From positions 3,859,061 to 3,923,060 of the forward strand of contig MU058423.1 of assembly GCA_013265495.1 (NCBI GenBank): a DNA stretch of 64,000 nucleotides, given 5' to 3'. The translations under genes were made by a program, and so were the position numbers. Source of the DNA: Vicugna vicugna. Its lineage: Eukaryota. Below are positions 49,446-63,950 of the stretch, one piece after another; position 1 is the first letter of the stretch; the number at the start of each line of letters is the position of its first letter. The notes beneath the pieces were generated by a model that did not search any database, was not told where the DNA came from, and worked only from the letters and a program-made list of their open reading frames with translations.

Positions 49446-52400
49446 TCATTTATTTCTGAGAGAGAGATATTGATAGCATACTATTAAAATCCTTCATTAG
49501 AGTTTTTTTTTGTCCAGCAGTAACTTAAATTCAAAGGAGTTTTGTGTTTGCCTTCATCTATCAGAATTGTTATTTAAAAGTATGTAATTCCCAGGACAGT
49601 ACGGTTATCTTGATGCTACAAGGAAAAGGAATAATGTGTCAATAAAAATTGCCAGCAACTGAAAACTTTCCTGTGTGATGGCCAAATAGTTGAGGTAGGC
49701 TCTGATTAGCTGCTGAAATCTGCCCAGTATGACCAGCGTTCTTACAGTTTGGTCTGAAGTCAGTAAACCCTGAGTATTTTGTCAGCCTACTCCAGTGTGC
49801 CTCCCCACCCTTTCCTCACATTATGTCACGTACGTCTATTTACTTTTCACCATCTTTAAGGAAAACTCAGTGTAGGGGTCAGCAATTCTTTGATTCAGAA
49901 GACCATTTGGAAGCTTAAGGCTTTGCCCAGTGATGACACCAATGATGTGGAATCTAGAGGAGGGAAGATACAGAGAAGTCTTGATCATTTCTCTTTAAAC
50001 TACTGTTAGCCTCTTAACTGGTCTCTTGGCTGCCAGCATATCCACCTGCAAGCCCCCAGTGGGCTTTGCGAGAATGACCTTTCTAAATTGCTCATTTCCA
50101 AGCTGCCGTATGCCTCTCTTGTTAGATTTAGCTTTTGTTTTGACTACTGTTTTCACTCCCAGTGTCACTGTCTCAGTTCAGATCCTCACACCCTTCTACC
50201 TGGTCTGACGCAGGGGTCACCAAAGCTGTCTCCCATGTCTGCTCTCACCCCCTTCACAACATGGCTGCTGGAGTGTTGTTTCTAACATGCCAGCATAATC
50301 TGGTTATCTGCAGACAACCCTTTAGTGGTCACGCGTTGCCCAGGGTACGATCAGGTTCCTGGAGAACGCACAGATGGCATCTGCACTCTGGCCTGTGCCC
50401 GGCTCCAGCGTCTTGTTCGGCCATATCCAGTGCTGCAGCCAGACGGAATTCCTGGGAGCTGCCCAAACACGCCGGGCTCCTTTCTTTCTCTGGGCCTTTG
50501 ATCACAGTGTTCTTTCCTGGCCTGGGACCCATTCTCTCCTGGGAGATCTGCCAGGCAAGACCTTTTCATCTTTGAAGGCTCAGATCCAAGGCAGTTGCAC
50601 TCTTCTCATGCCCTCATTCCCTCTCCCACCCCAGCCTACACTATCAGGTTGACTAATCTCTTTATCTCCACCATGTCTTATACTTTTGGAGAACACTGTA
50701 TTAGATTTACTTCTTTTTATGTCTTTATCTTCATCCTAGATTGAAAGCACTTAAGGCCAGGGGCCATGCACTTTTTTTCTCCCAGCACAGTGCATGGTAC
50801 ACACTAGGCATTTAATAGTTGTGTTGAATAAAAGAATGACTGGAGCATTTGAGTCGTAATAAAAGAATGAGTTCCACGTGAATTTAGAGAAAGGACAGAT
50901 CACATGGGCTACAGTGACCTGGGAAGGTGTCAAAGAAAAGGTGAGGACCTCACCTATAGAGGTAGGCAGGATTTGAAGTGATGAGAAGGAAGAATATTCA
51001 CAGCCAGGAATAATGGTTTAGAGCTGAGACTGAAGTGAGTATAAATGAGCTTATGATAGGATACAGCTGCTGGAGATGTAATTTTCCTGTTTAAAATGTT
51101 TCAGTTGCTTTCATGACCTACATAGTAATTTCTAAACCCCTTCCTGTTGGGTAATCGTTAAGAGTCGAAGCAGAGCTCAGCCCATGAATAGCTTCATGAG
51201 CTTGGCTAGGTTGTTTAACTGAGCTTCAATTAGGAAATCACAAAACGGAGACATCCTGTCTACCTCCCAGTGCCTGCTGTAACATTTAAATGAAACAGCA
51301 CTCTGTAGCACCGATTCTGTATTTATCCTGTGTCAGGCACAGTGCAGGGCCCTTGACGTGGGTTGACTCACTTACCCTTTATGTTAGCTCTTGCGTTGAT
51401 TAGCTGTTGTTTTTGTTCTTACTTTGCAGCATTGGAAACGTGGTGTTGCTAATAGGGACGTGGGGAAGTCGGAAGACATGATCCCAGGTTTTGGAGGGCT
51501 TGGAAAGGAACAGGCCTCTCTGTAGGGCAGCTGACAGCAGTGATTAATTGTACCAGTGCACCCGCAGCTCAGGTTCAAGGGAGAGTTGGGTCTGCTAAAT
51601 TGTGGTCTCACGATAGCTTCAGCTCGCAAGCTGGAAACATTGCCCTCAAACCCTTTGTGAAACTGAGCGCCTCTTTCTGGGAATTGGCGTGGAACAGGGG
51701 ATGGAGTTGCTAAGAGTGACGCCATCCCTGGTTGGAGTCCTGAGTTCCGTGGGTTTGCCGTGAGCACAAGCCCAAGCTGAGAGCCGTGCCTACTGGGGGC
51801 CGTTCTCATAGGCCGGCACTAATCTGGCTGTCATCTCAGGGATGGGCCAGGTGAAAACTCCCAGGAACAGAGACCCCTAAGATTTCTTTTATATTGAACT
51901 CGAGGTCATATAAAATAGAATTTGGAAGCATTAATTTTGAAAATCGATAGATACCATCAGAATCACGACACTTAGATTTTCTAGTTAGGGGACCTTAAAA
52001 AATCATTTAAGCTCTCTGAGCCAAAGTTCCATAATCTACACACGGAGGTAACATTTCCTAAAGTTGCTGTGATGTTAAATGAAAGCAGTATATTTAAAGC
52101 AGCTGTCATGGTGCCTCCGAGATCCTGAGCATTTGGAGGTTGCTGATGCTGGCAGCTTTAGTGCCTCCCTGATGAATGCAGGCCCAGAGTCCTGGCCGGA
52201 GTTGGCATACAGTGGCCAGGAGCCTGACTGGTCGCTTCCCACAGGCTTTCATGCATGAGGCCAAAAGGCAATCTCTGGGAAGAAAAAGAAATCAAACCAA
52301 GTTAACCATCTCACTGAGCTGGCAGCCTGGGAAGGGGCCCAGCCCCGAGGGAGACCCCTGGTATAAACTAACAGAAGCACAAGGGGTCCAGGTGGAGGAC

Positions 52401-52808
52401 GGTGGCAAACGATGGGTAACGTTCCTGAGGGCTGACTGCAGCTGCAGCATTTTTATAGCGTGTGCACCTCGGCCGGTCTGGGTGGGGAGAGAACCTTGGA
52501 GCGCGCAGGCCCAGGTCTTGTGGCAATAATTTGGGCATGTGATGCTTGTGGCCGGGAACAGAGGCAAGGCCCAGTAGGGGACTCTTACGGGAAGAAACCG
52601 TGTCCTGATGCTGCCCTGCACCCCTGATCCTCACCCCATGTGGGGGCTCAGGCTGGCCCTCTTTCATCCACGAGACAGCCCTTCAGTGTCAGACATTTAG
52701 CCGTATTTTTATTACACATGTTCAGAGCATAGAGGCCCCCCAGGTTTTTTTTTAATGAGTCCATTTGCTAGAATGTCTTGATATTTTTTGAGGGTGGTTG
52801 TACTTTAC

Positions 52809-53070
52809 ATATATATGTATAACTGAATCACTATTTCCTATTCTTTTTCATTGCAAGATTGAATATAGTTCCCGGCGCTATACAGGAGAAACTTGTTTAT
52901 CTATTTTATACGTAGTATAAATATAGTATCTACTTAGTATCTGCAAATCCCAGACTCCCAGTTTATCCCTCCCCATCCCTTTCTCCCGCTGGTAGCTGTA
53001 CGTTTGTCTTCTATGTCCTTAGGTCTGTTTCTGCTTTTCTTTTTTCGAGATAGATGAGCACACGCATCTG
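52809..53070 (-). mobile_element. L1 3' UTR fragment
   Basis: GAATATAGTTCCCGGCGCTATACAGGAG...CTGCAAATCCCAGACTCCCAGTTTATCCCTCCCCATCCC is homologous to positions about 160-330 of the first L1. Confidence 0.8.
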
Positions 53071-56000
53071 TTTCAAGCCAGTGAGACGGTTCTGGGTTTT
53101 GTTTCAAGAGTAGCCACTTGAGTTTTACTGCTCTATATACTTTTGGCCTCATTTGGGAGTTTAAATTATTTCAAAATGGTTAGAGACTGTAGGATAGAGA
53201 ATCCCAAATCACAGGGCACATTGAAGTTCATTGACAAGGATAGTGAGGAAAGTGTGCTTTGTGAACTATTTTACTCTGAGTTTCTCTAGTGTATTTAGTT
53301 TTGAAGGAAGAAAAGAAAACATTGAGCAGAAAGGCAGAAATAGAGGATCGGTCTCATACTTCGCCGTGGGGAATGGGGCTGGGTTCAGGCTATTCTGCAA
53401 ATTCCGAAACACTTAAGCACAATGGAAAGCAGAAACGGGCAGTCCTAAAATCCCCTTTTGCTGCCCGTTCTTTCTTTTGGACACTCAGATAGTCATTGCA
53501 GGTTTGGAATCATTTTCTTTGGAAATCTTTGGGGAAAATCGTCACCCAACAACTTGGAGACATTAAAGCAACAGGCTGAGTGAGCAGCGCCCCTCAGCTG
53601 CTCTGGGGCTGGACGAAGCTGGAAGCTGGCCTGAGGTTCCTGCTTTAGTTTGTGTAGTTTGATGTCAAGGCATCATCAGAATTGTTTCAGGCTCGAGAAC
53701 AGAGCTTAGACGCGGCGGGTTTTTCCCTTCCTCAAAGGTTGCCTTGGTGCCCTGAGGGGAGCTGTGTTTCCCTCTGGGGAGAGAGGTACCCGTCTGAGTT
53801 TGTCTTTGTACCTGCTGTCGGGTGACAGCACCACTTGCGTCATGTTCTCTCCTTGAAGGGCAGACGTGTTTGCTGCGCTCTTCAGCCTCCGTTTTTCTTA
53901 CCCATCCAGCCATTTCCCCACTTACGCCTCCCTAACCCCGTGTTGGTTCTACACACTGGAGTGCCTCGCCTTTCCAGTGTGATTTCTCCATTCTTTCCAG
54001 CTCAAATGCTAGAAGCTTCCCAGAGGTCCTAGACCTTGGTAAAGGTCATTGGCCACGAGGTTCTCATCTGTCAGCCTTTAGAAGCCCTTGACCTGCTCCC
54101 GGGAAGCTCTTTAACGTTAGGAGAGACATACAGTAGCAGCCCGTACCTGGGGATTCCGCATCTTACTCTGTTCATTCTGAGTGGGCACCCCCATCCCTCC
54201 ATCCAGATCTGTTTGATTTCTGTTACCTTCCTGGTTCTTTTATGCCCTGGTTCGGTTTTTTGTGCCTTAACTTTGTCTTGAAATGTGAACCATAAATGGT
54301 TCTCTTGTCCACCTTAGAGCTCTGGGCATCAACTCTCAAGCTGTTCACCTCAACAAGACTTTGCCCAGCTTGCGTCTTTGAACACCAGTTCCTCCTCTCC
54401 TCCTTTGATCAGTGTTGTCGTTGTACCCACTCTGGCATGGGGACTCTGAGTAGCCGCTCCTCCTCCCCAGCTCTGTCTCCTCCGAGCTCTAGCTCCTGTG
54501 TTTGGTTCCGTGGCTGCTGGCCACGTGGCTCTCCACGACCCGCCCACGTTCTTACCTTCTTCACAAACTGTCCACGTGTGTGTCTTGTCCCTCCCACTTT
54601 AAGACAAGCTTGTAGAGGATGGTATCTTCCTAACCTGTAAGTCCCACAAGGTCTAGAATATTAAAAAGCCACTTAAAAAATCTTTGAGTTGTCTGTTTTG
54701 TAACAGTAATTTCATGCTTAATATACCTTTTCCTTGAATAAGCATATTCAACATTTTAAAGTCTTTCCTTTTATTGAAGAGTGATTTTTGGTTTTGATAA
54801 ATGATACCCTCAATTCATGCCGAATTTATTCTGAAATCCTTCCTAATTTATACTGAACTTCTACATAAGGAATTTAGTGTAGAACAGAGACTTTATGTGC
54901 AAAGGATGGTATGTTGATTTTAAAAATGTCTTTTTTTTTTTTAATGTACCATCATCATAGACTTTGAAGGGGAAGGCCTGTGAATCCGGGCAGTTTGCCT
55001 TTCAGATTTCCTTCCGTTGTTCCCTGGTGGTGCTTGGTGGCAGTACGTCTCCATCCCCATATGTTTCTAACACACATTAATTCAACAGAAAACTTCATAT
55101 CATCAGGCTTAATTTAAAATGTGCTACAGGAACCTGAATTTACTGTGCCTGCTCAGCATTCCTAACCCATGTTATCTTTGAATTATGGTGCAGATTTACT
55201 GGACCAGAGAATGAGAAAATCCAAGTTCTTTAGGTCCTGTCCCTTACGTGGAATAGCTAACACAGTGGGGCAGGCCTTGCTGTTCTCTCTCAGCCTCTCT
55301 GTCTCTCTCTCTCTCTCCACCAAGGGGATAAACAAACTGTTTTAATGGGAAAATTGAAGTAAAGCAAAATAATCCAAATTAACTGGAGATCCTTGATGGC
55401 TGGGGCTAAACTCATCATTGTGTTCCCAGTGTCACAGAGGGACTGGCACATCCTGGGCAGTCGGTTGATTTGTTGGATATATGAACAAATACATAAAAAG
55501 TTATGATATGCTGATTAAATGTCTAATACAAGAAAAGCTTTATTCCCATTGATTCAGGATACGGTGACGGGTGGGTCATTTATTTTGTTCCACCTTGATG
55601 AGGCCTCTAGGTTTTCCGCTTTGTCACTTATGACAACAACAACAACAACAATAACAGTAGATACAGTGTCTAGCGTTTGTATAATGCTCGCCACCATTAA
55701 ATAAATAAAATTTAGTAAGATGAACATACGTGTGTTTTCACTTTATCTTCAGAGCAAATCTGAGTAATAGAACAGGATCCAGCAAATGGTGACCCTCCTT
55801 CCTTCCCGACTCCTGGACCACAGCCTTCTATAGCAAGGCGGACGGAACTCTTTGATTGGTGAAGAGATTAAAAACAGAAAGATATGTTTGTCATATGCCA
55901 AAAGCCACATGTCAAATTTATAACAAAGACCCAAATTGCATGTTGTCTGACTTTTTTTTTCCACTTTAAATTTATTATGGATTTTACTGACTTTACATTT

Positions 56001-57271
56001 CATTCAGTAAGTTTCTTGCGATGTCACAGAAATTCAGTGATGGATGTATATTTAAAATCACTATAAAGTCAGTGTTGAATGAAATAAAAAAGTGCTTTAT
56101 ATAATAGAGAAGAAAATACTGTTTTTCAGAGCCAAGCATCATCTTACTTTTACTGGTATTTTGAAAGTATTTATTCATTTCCCTGGACAAAAGATTGTAC
56201 GTGATTTGATACAAAGAATAAGATTTGGATGTGATTTATAAATTTCTTTTTTGTTTTCTTTCGTTTTATGAGTCTTTAGGAAGAGGTGAAGATGTCCCTT
56301 CTGAACTCTGCTTTTTTGACTTGGTTTTTGAGGAACCTGTTTGTTTTTTCATTTTTTTTGCCCTTTCAAATAGCCACAAATTAGTATGCTATGGTGTTAG
56401 GAGAACAGTTTGTGAAAAAGCAGTAACGATTTAGGATACTTTACTGAAAGATGGTATGAATGCAGTCCTTTTACCCACCCATTACCTATTTGGTTAATTT
56501 CACAATACAGGATTTTTAAAAAATAACTATTTGGATTTTATTTTGGTATTTCTCATGTTAACAAAGGAAGGGGGTGAGAAACCACTGTTTAATGAGACAA
56601 AGTTGTATCTTATGTAGGAAAGCCTAAATTTGAGGTAAAAAGCGATTGATCTTACTCTGATTTTGAAACTTGACAAAAACAACCTAGATATAGCATTTCT
56701 GACATTCTTGAGTACTGAGTTGGTAATTCTAAGAGTGTACGAGACACTCTGCTCAGTGAGATCCTTTGTCCGGGTAGCTTAGCGATCTGTCCAGCCTGTT
56801 GGAGACTGCATGTGGGATTTTGTCTCTGTTTCAAACAACTTCAGTTAGGTCTTTTCTGAGCTCTAGGATTTGTGCATTTATCTGACCTGTCTTCAGTCCT
56901 CGTGGAGAAATGATTTGTATAAACTAATATAAACTAAGATAACAGCTTTTTATTCGTTTCAGGAATTTCTTCTAAATTATAAGGACTTCACCTCTAGATC
57001 TAGTATTTGAGGATTTGGCACAAATGTTTACTTCTATCTACAGATAATTTGGAGTTAGTTATTCTTAAATTTGAAAGAGGTTTGATTAGCCAAACTTAGT
57101 GTCTGACTTTAGGGGAGATGATGGCTGTTACATGATGATATACAGATGGACTCATTCCTGAAAGGCTCCCCCCCATAGGATTGCTTTTACTGGGCAATAT
57201 TTCAGCATTATGCCCTTGACTCATAACAATAAAGACTACAAGGGGCACGTATACAAGTGTATTTATGAGGA

Positions 57272-57990
57272 TTTTTTTAACATTTTTTATTGATTTATAA
57301 GCATTTTACAATGTTGTGTCAAATTCCAGTGTTCAGCACAATTTTTCAGTCATTCATGGACATATACACACTCATTGTCACATTTTTTTCTCCGTGAGTT
57401 ATCATAACATTTTGTGTATATTTCCCTGTGCTATACAGTGTAATCTTGTTTATCTATTCTACAGTTTTGAAATCCCAGTCTACCCCTTCCCACCCTCCAC
57501 CCCCCTGGCAACCACAAGTCTGTATTCTCTGTCTATGAGTCTATTTCTGTCCTGTATTTACGCTTTGTTTTTGTTTGTTTGTTTTTTAGATTCCACATAT
57601 GAGCGATCTCATATGGTATTTTTCTTTCTCTTTCTGGCTNNNNNNNNNNNNNNNNNNNNNNNNNNNNNNNNNNNNNNNNNNNNNNNNNNNNNNNNNNNNN
57701 NNNNNNNNNNNNNNNNNNNNNNNNNNNNNNNNNNNNNNNNNNNNNNNNNNNNNNNNNNNNNNNNNNNNNNNNNNNNNNNNNNNNNNNNNNNNNNNNNNNN
57801 NNNNNNNNNNNNNNNNNNNNNNNNNNNNNNNNNNNNNNNNNNNNNNNNNNNNNNNNNNNNNNNNNNNNNNNNNNNNNNNNNNNNNNNNNNNNNNNNNNCA
57901 TATGGTAATTCCTAGTCTTTTGAGGAATCTCCACACTGTTTTCCATAGTGGCTGCACCAAACTGCATTCCCACCAGCAGTGTAGGAGGGT
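57272..57990 (-). mobile_element. Young 5'-truncated camelid-type L1, interrupted by an assembly gap
   Basis: T-tract then CATTTTTTATTGATTTATAA...ATGTTGTGTCAAATTCCAGTG; minus ORF 57586..58026 ([28 protein letters not shown]) is L1 ORF2p. Confidence 0.93.
57640..57898. other. Assembly gap (259 N)
   Basis: Run of N bases. Confidence 0.99.
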
Positions 57991-59739
57991 ATGACGATGC
58001 TGTAGAAGACATTGATTATATATCACACAGCGTCCCTTTTATAAAAACCTGTCAGGGCAATTTTCCTTACACTTTGGTGCTGGGAAAATTTATACAATTA
58101 TCTTCAGAAGTGATCCTGTTTTTCTCTTTGCTTTGGTTGCTAGGAAGTTTAGCATTATATTTGTAATAAATATTTAACAATTGTATTTTGGGATACACTT
58201 TGCATCCAACTTTATTTTACTGTTTTATCTTTAATCTCCTTTTGATGCTCCGTTAAACATTGACACATTCATTGAACGCCTTTTTATGTTAGGCACTGTG
58301 CAAGATGCCAGAGATACAGTGATAAGCACAGTCTGACACAGCCCCGGCCTCAGGGAGCTTAAAATCTTTGGGGGGAAAAGAAGCATTAATCAAATATTCA
58401 TACAAAGGAGTGTTAAAAAAAAAAAGGAAATTGTTACAAGTACAATGAAGGAATATTACACGATGCTCTGAGACTCTATAATGGTTCTAATTCCTCTTTT
58501 CCTGTGTGTATTATATCCGTTTTTATGGTAACAGAGATACATACATACAGAGATACACATACATATACAGGTGTACAGATATACTGTCTATAGAATACAT
58601 TTATACTTGTATTTTCTTGTGAGAACTCTCTTAAAATGTCTGATTATTTTTCCGTTATACAGAAATACCACAGTATATTTGCCAATACCTTGTCATTGGA
58701 CACAGCTTATTAACAATTATTCACTATTATAAATGACAACATATTAGTATAATTTTCTTTTGTTTGTAAATCAAGGTTTTTTTTTTTAATAGGGCTCTAT
58801 GTTAGCAGGAAAATAAAATACATCCCACTCCTCACCCTCAAGAAGTGTGAATAGGATCCTTTTTAATTTGTCAAGGATAGAAGATCTCACGGAGAGCAGA
58901 AGGGTGGGAACAGATGACCACAGCTCAACTCGCTTTTCTTGGGCCCACAGTTGTCAGTCACTCTGTCCACATGGAGCAGCATCTGGCCTGTTCCAGAACA
59001 TTCAGTTCATGCTGCAGCATTACGCTTCTCTACTTGGGGCTAGCTGGCCTTCCATGTCAAAGCACTGAGACCGTGTGCTTCCGTTCAAGGGAGCATTTAC
59101 AAATGGTGAGCTCTGTTGATTCTTAGCCTAAGTGCAGCATCGTAAAGATCACATCTCTGATCGGGGGAGGAAGGGGAGAACAAAGCAGTCAGGGTCCAGG
59201 AAGGACAGTTTCCAGACGATGTGTGCGCTGTAGCCTTCCCGTGTTCTGAAATGTCCTTGTCTCTCCATTTACTAATGTGGCTGAATAATAGTTCATTGTA
59301 GGCCTGTCAGCAAGTTGTTTTTCCTTACAAATTCCTTGTTCTTATCCTTTGCCAAGTTTTCTAGGGGTCAGTTGATCACTGTACTATCATTGATTTGTCA
59401 TGGCTCCTCTTATATCAAGACTATTTCCATATATGTTATAAACATTTAATTCAGTTTGTCTTTGCTTTTTAATTGCCTTGTGATATTTTTAGCATAGTGA
59501 TTAAACACACAGGCTTTGAGACAAATCTTTGACTCAGATCCTGTTCAGTGACTTATTATCTGTGTATTTTAGTCAAGTTGTTTAACGTCTTTAAAGCTTT
59601 TACAGATTGTTGTGGTTGTACTTGTTCTTTTTGTCTCTGAAAGAGTTGATGTAGGAAGTAAATTGAATAATGTATTATATTCACTGTACAAACTTTAAAA
59701 AACACAAATAACTCTAAAATTTAAAATCATTCAAACTTC

Positions 59740-62480
59740 ATAACACCTCTACCTATTCACATTTTCACGTGTGTATGGTAGCAAGAAGTTATGTCTTACG
59801 TTAATCAGTTATGAGTACAGCTTGGAATCAAGTTGTTCTCTTACGGTGCAGATATCTTTCTTGGTTAATAATATACGTTCACTTTATCATTTCTAATTGT
59901 TGTGTAGTACTCCAGGTACTGATGTACTATAATTTATCTATTTTCTTACTTTTAATTCAATCAATCCCAATTTTTTACTATTAAAAATGTTGTAAACCCT
60001 TCATGATTATTTCGGCTAAGCAGAATTTTATGTCAAAGGATTAACAGATCTTTAAGTTTTCAGATATTTCTATTGCTTTGTCCACACCAGGTTTTATATT
60101 TTTTCTTCATTTTTTTCTTTTTTGCCAGTTTGATATGTGAGATGATATCTTATTTAAATTTGCATTTCTTTTGATTACTAGTAACTGAAACAGTGTTTTT
60201 ATTGATTCTTTTTATTGCTCTTTTAACAAATTGCCCTGTTAATTTCTTTGCTGCTTTTTCAATTGGAGTGCTCATTTTTCCTCACAGATTTTCAAGAGCA
60301 CTTATATAAGAACATTAATCTTTTATCATACATGTTACATATTATGGATATTTTCCTGCTCTTTTAATTTTTATTGTTTTGATTCAAGGAAAAATTGGGG
60401 GTTTTACAAATAATCAAATTCAGCCATTTTTATTTTTTACTTTTAAAGATTATGTAAGCAGTCATCAGTGTTTTCTTCAAGTACTTTTATGTTTTTGTTT
60501 TGTGCTTAAAACAAATTTCAGATTTCTATCTAAATCTTGCGTTTACATACAGTTTTATAGATAAATTTGACATTTAAATAAGCTCCCTGGAGGCAGTGGG
60601 TTTGTCCATCTTCTTATTCCCTGTTACTGGCTGTGTTCATGGTTCATAGGCATGTAGTACATATTTACCAAATAAATAATATAAATCTTTAATGACCAAA
60701 TTTATATCATTGTAAAGAGGTTGATAGAAATGTAGCATCCTTAGCATTTTTAAAAAGCTGGAGATGTATTTTCTAAACTATGTTTATAATCTGTTATTCT
60801 TCCTCTACGTGGACCATCCTTCTTTTGCCTTTTCGTCTCCTGAATTCTCAGTCGTCTTCACATCTCGGCTCAAGCATTGCGTCTGTAGGAAAGCCCTCTG
60901 TGATAATCCTTTGATAAGGTCACATTCCAAATTGTAAGTTTTCCTGATGCTGCCTTTCTTGTGGTGCTTGTCATACCTGTAGTTTTACAATTATTTAGGT
61001 TTTTTTTTTTTTCTCCACCAGCACCAAATGGGCAGAGACTTTACTCAGGGATTTTGCTCAACATTGTACCCCACTGCCTCATATTAGATACAGAGTAAGT
61101 TTTTATTTTTCAAACGGACAAATAAGTGAACAAACTGCCACAGAAATCACATGCTGAGTTTTTGCATCTGATCCATCCCCTTTGAAACTTTATCTTCAGT
61201 ATTGATCTTTCTGTTTTGTTGTCAGATTTGATAATGATAGCTTTTAAAAACATTTCAGTATCTCTTAGGTTATGATGACTTCCTGTCTACTCCCATAATA
61301 GTCTTAGTTTTTAAAATTTCCCGACTATTGTTACATATTTATTCTTCTAGTTGAATCATTTGTCAAGTTCAAAAAGCTCTCACTGGATATTTGTGTTTGT
61401 GTGTGTGTCTGTGTGTTGGTTTGGGAGGAAGGAGTTGTTTTAAATTTATAAATTAACTTGAAGAGAGAGTGTATGTATGTATTAAAAGTATGTAAGCTTC
61501 TTATTGAGGAATTTGGTGTATAGCTTTTATTTATTTGAATGTCTTTTATTTTCCTCAGTTAATTTTAAAATTTTATTCATCTAGAACCTGAACATTTCAT
61601 GCCAGGATTTTTCTTAGATGCTTTTGCTCAGGAAAGAGTTAACGTGGCAGGCTTGAGTTTCCTATCTTGAAAAGGGTCTTCTTCCAGATTTAGACCTTGA
61701 CTGGCATCTAGGAGTTTGGGCTTTGAAATATTCCTTGTCCCTGTGGTGCTATGTGATAATGTTATTTGATGTGCCAGAGGTACTGAGTTTCACTGGGCCA
61801 GCCTGCCTAATTTTTTTTTTTTTAAGTAAACCACATAGTTTATAATGAGGGCCTACTTTCCTTCTGGGAATTTTTAATGATTGTGGCTGATTTTGCTGGC
61901 ATTCAGTGCCTGTGTGACCAGCCCCTGAAAAACCCTTGAACCCTGAGTCTCAAGGAATTTTGCTCGGTGAAAATACTGTACACATGTTACTGCATTTTAC
62001 TGCCAGAGAACAGTGGAAGCTTACAGATGGATTTCTCCAGTCACTACCTGCTGTGTCTTCTCTCTCATTAATTTCATAGTTTTGAGTTTCTTCTCTTTGC
62101 TTTTCCTAGTAGTCCCAATAATGCTACCTCCAAATGATAATGCTGCATACCTTTTTGCAATGTTTATCACTCATATTTACTTTTCTTGTCATATTACATT
62201 GTTCAGATCTTTCAGAACAATGTTGAGTAACATAATTGACTTCAGAAAATTTTAATTTGATTCTGACAGTGTTTTAAATATGTTTTCAATTGTCTTCAGC
62301 TTGATATTCTTTATCATGTTAAGGAAGTATCCCTTAGCATCTCATTCACTTACAGTTGCATCAGAAGCATATGTTACATTTTATTAAGTGTGTTTTTTGG
62401 ACACCTCTTGAGATGATCCATTGGTTTTTTGGTTCTTTATGCTATTAATGTGAGAAAATGTTATGTATTTTATTTTAAAT
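59740..62480 (-). mobile_element. Fragmented ancient L1 (L1ME-like) remnants
   Basis: AT-rich segments such as TTTTTGCCAGTTTGATATGTGAGATGATATCTTATTTAAATTTGCATTTCTTTTGATTACTAGT and TTTATCATGTTAAGGAAGTATCCCTT; interrupted by other repeats; boundaries approximate. Confidence 0.55.
61625..62075 (+). mobile_element. ERVL LTR, MER68-like, inserted in an old L1
   Basis: TGCTCAGGAAAGAGTTAACGTGGCAGGCTTGAG...CTATCTTGAAAAGG...CTTGACTGGCATCTAGGAG...GTGACCAGCCCCTGAAAAACCCTTGAACCCTGAGTCTCAA matches recalled MER68. Confidence 0.65.
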
Positions 62481-63916
62481 AAGATCTATAACCTAAATAT
62501 CCTGAAGATGATAGAATGTCCTTATTATTTTAAATGATTTTTAAAACTTGCTCTGGAAAGGAATACCAAATATTGTTGCTTATAGTAATTCATTGTTTTT
62601 TAAGTAATAGAGATGAATGGAAGAATGCAAGATGAGATGCATCGTCTTATGATGTCATAGATAATAAGATAATTTAATAGAATAATACCTATTTAATAGA
62701 AAAATTACGATTGTTCATCATTTTCTTATGGGACATTTACTTGATTCATGTGTGGCATTCATTTGTCAAATTGCATATTTTCTGAATTTCAGCAGTATTC
62801 ACACATTAAGTTATGTGTGTATACATTTTTACTTTTCTCTGTATTTTTGTTACACAGCTGCATTCAAACGAGTATTTTTCAAAGCAGGGGAACTTAAGCT
62901 TCCAGCTCTGTCATCTAACTTTTAATTCAGTAGGATGTAGTAAACTTTGTTGTGTTTTACATAATTGTCACAATGCCAGTAGCGGTGATATTTAAATGTT
63001 GCTAATACTGACAGGGTATGAGATAGTCTGATGTCATAAATTGATGCTCACCTTTCTCTCTAATTAGTTGTGATCATTATAGATTATTTCATGTCGCTAA
63101 TATTTGCTTCCTTTGTTCTAAATTTATATTACTAAAAGATAGCAGGATTTAAAGTTTATAATGAAAATTGAGAAAATTGTTAATTTTTAAATATACAAGT
63201 TTTTAAAATAATAACTGACTATATTACTAACTCCACTATCATCCTTAATACTGAAATATATTTATATCTATGAGTTGCATTATAGTTCTTGTAAAAAGAT
63301 TAAATGTTATTTTTTCACAAGAAAGAGAGGATGTAAGTAAATAAACATAAATTACAACATTTAACTTAAATTCAGTTAATCATTATGTTTTTCTTCAGTT
63401 TTCTTTTATATGGGAGGTAAAATTTTTTGGCATAGTAAAAATGTCTTTACCTCTGTCGTTCTCCTTCCAAATTTCTATCTGATAATGTGGCAAAGGCAGC
63501 CTTCTGAAAACCAGCAAAGTGAATGCTATAGTGAAAGTATGTTTTTCTGATTTCCATCAGCCATCAATGTCTCGCAGCTCATTTTCCTAGTAGAATGTTT
63601 GATGACTGTAAGGGTGAGATGAGTTTAAAAGGAGAAGACATGCTGCCTGCCCTCCAGCACCGTATACACCAGCCCAGCAGGGAGCACTTTTAATGCTCAG
63701 TGGTGATCTCCTCTGGGGGTTGTACAATGGTACTGAAAGCCTCGTGGTTCGTATTAAGTTGGCATTGGGGTGTCGAGGAAAATGTTATGGAGGCTGACAA
63801 ATCTGAACGTAAAGGTTGCTCCCATCCCCCTCCTCTGGTAACCGGCCCCACTAATTGTATCTAGCATTATCTTCTATTACCTCTGTGTTAGATTTTTCTT
63901 CAGAGAAACAGAATAA

Positions 63917-63918
<2 letters not shown>

Positions 63919-63949
<31 letters not shown>
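63919..63949. repeat. (TG)n microsatellite
   Basis: TG dinucleotide run read directly. Confidence 0.95.

Positions 63950-63950
<1 letters not shown>

Noticed and set aside
57316..58026. Long ORFs of 131-199 aa
   Set aside because: Artefacts of translating through the N gap inside an L1.
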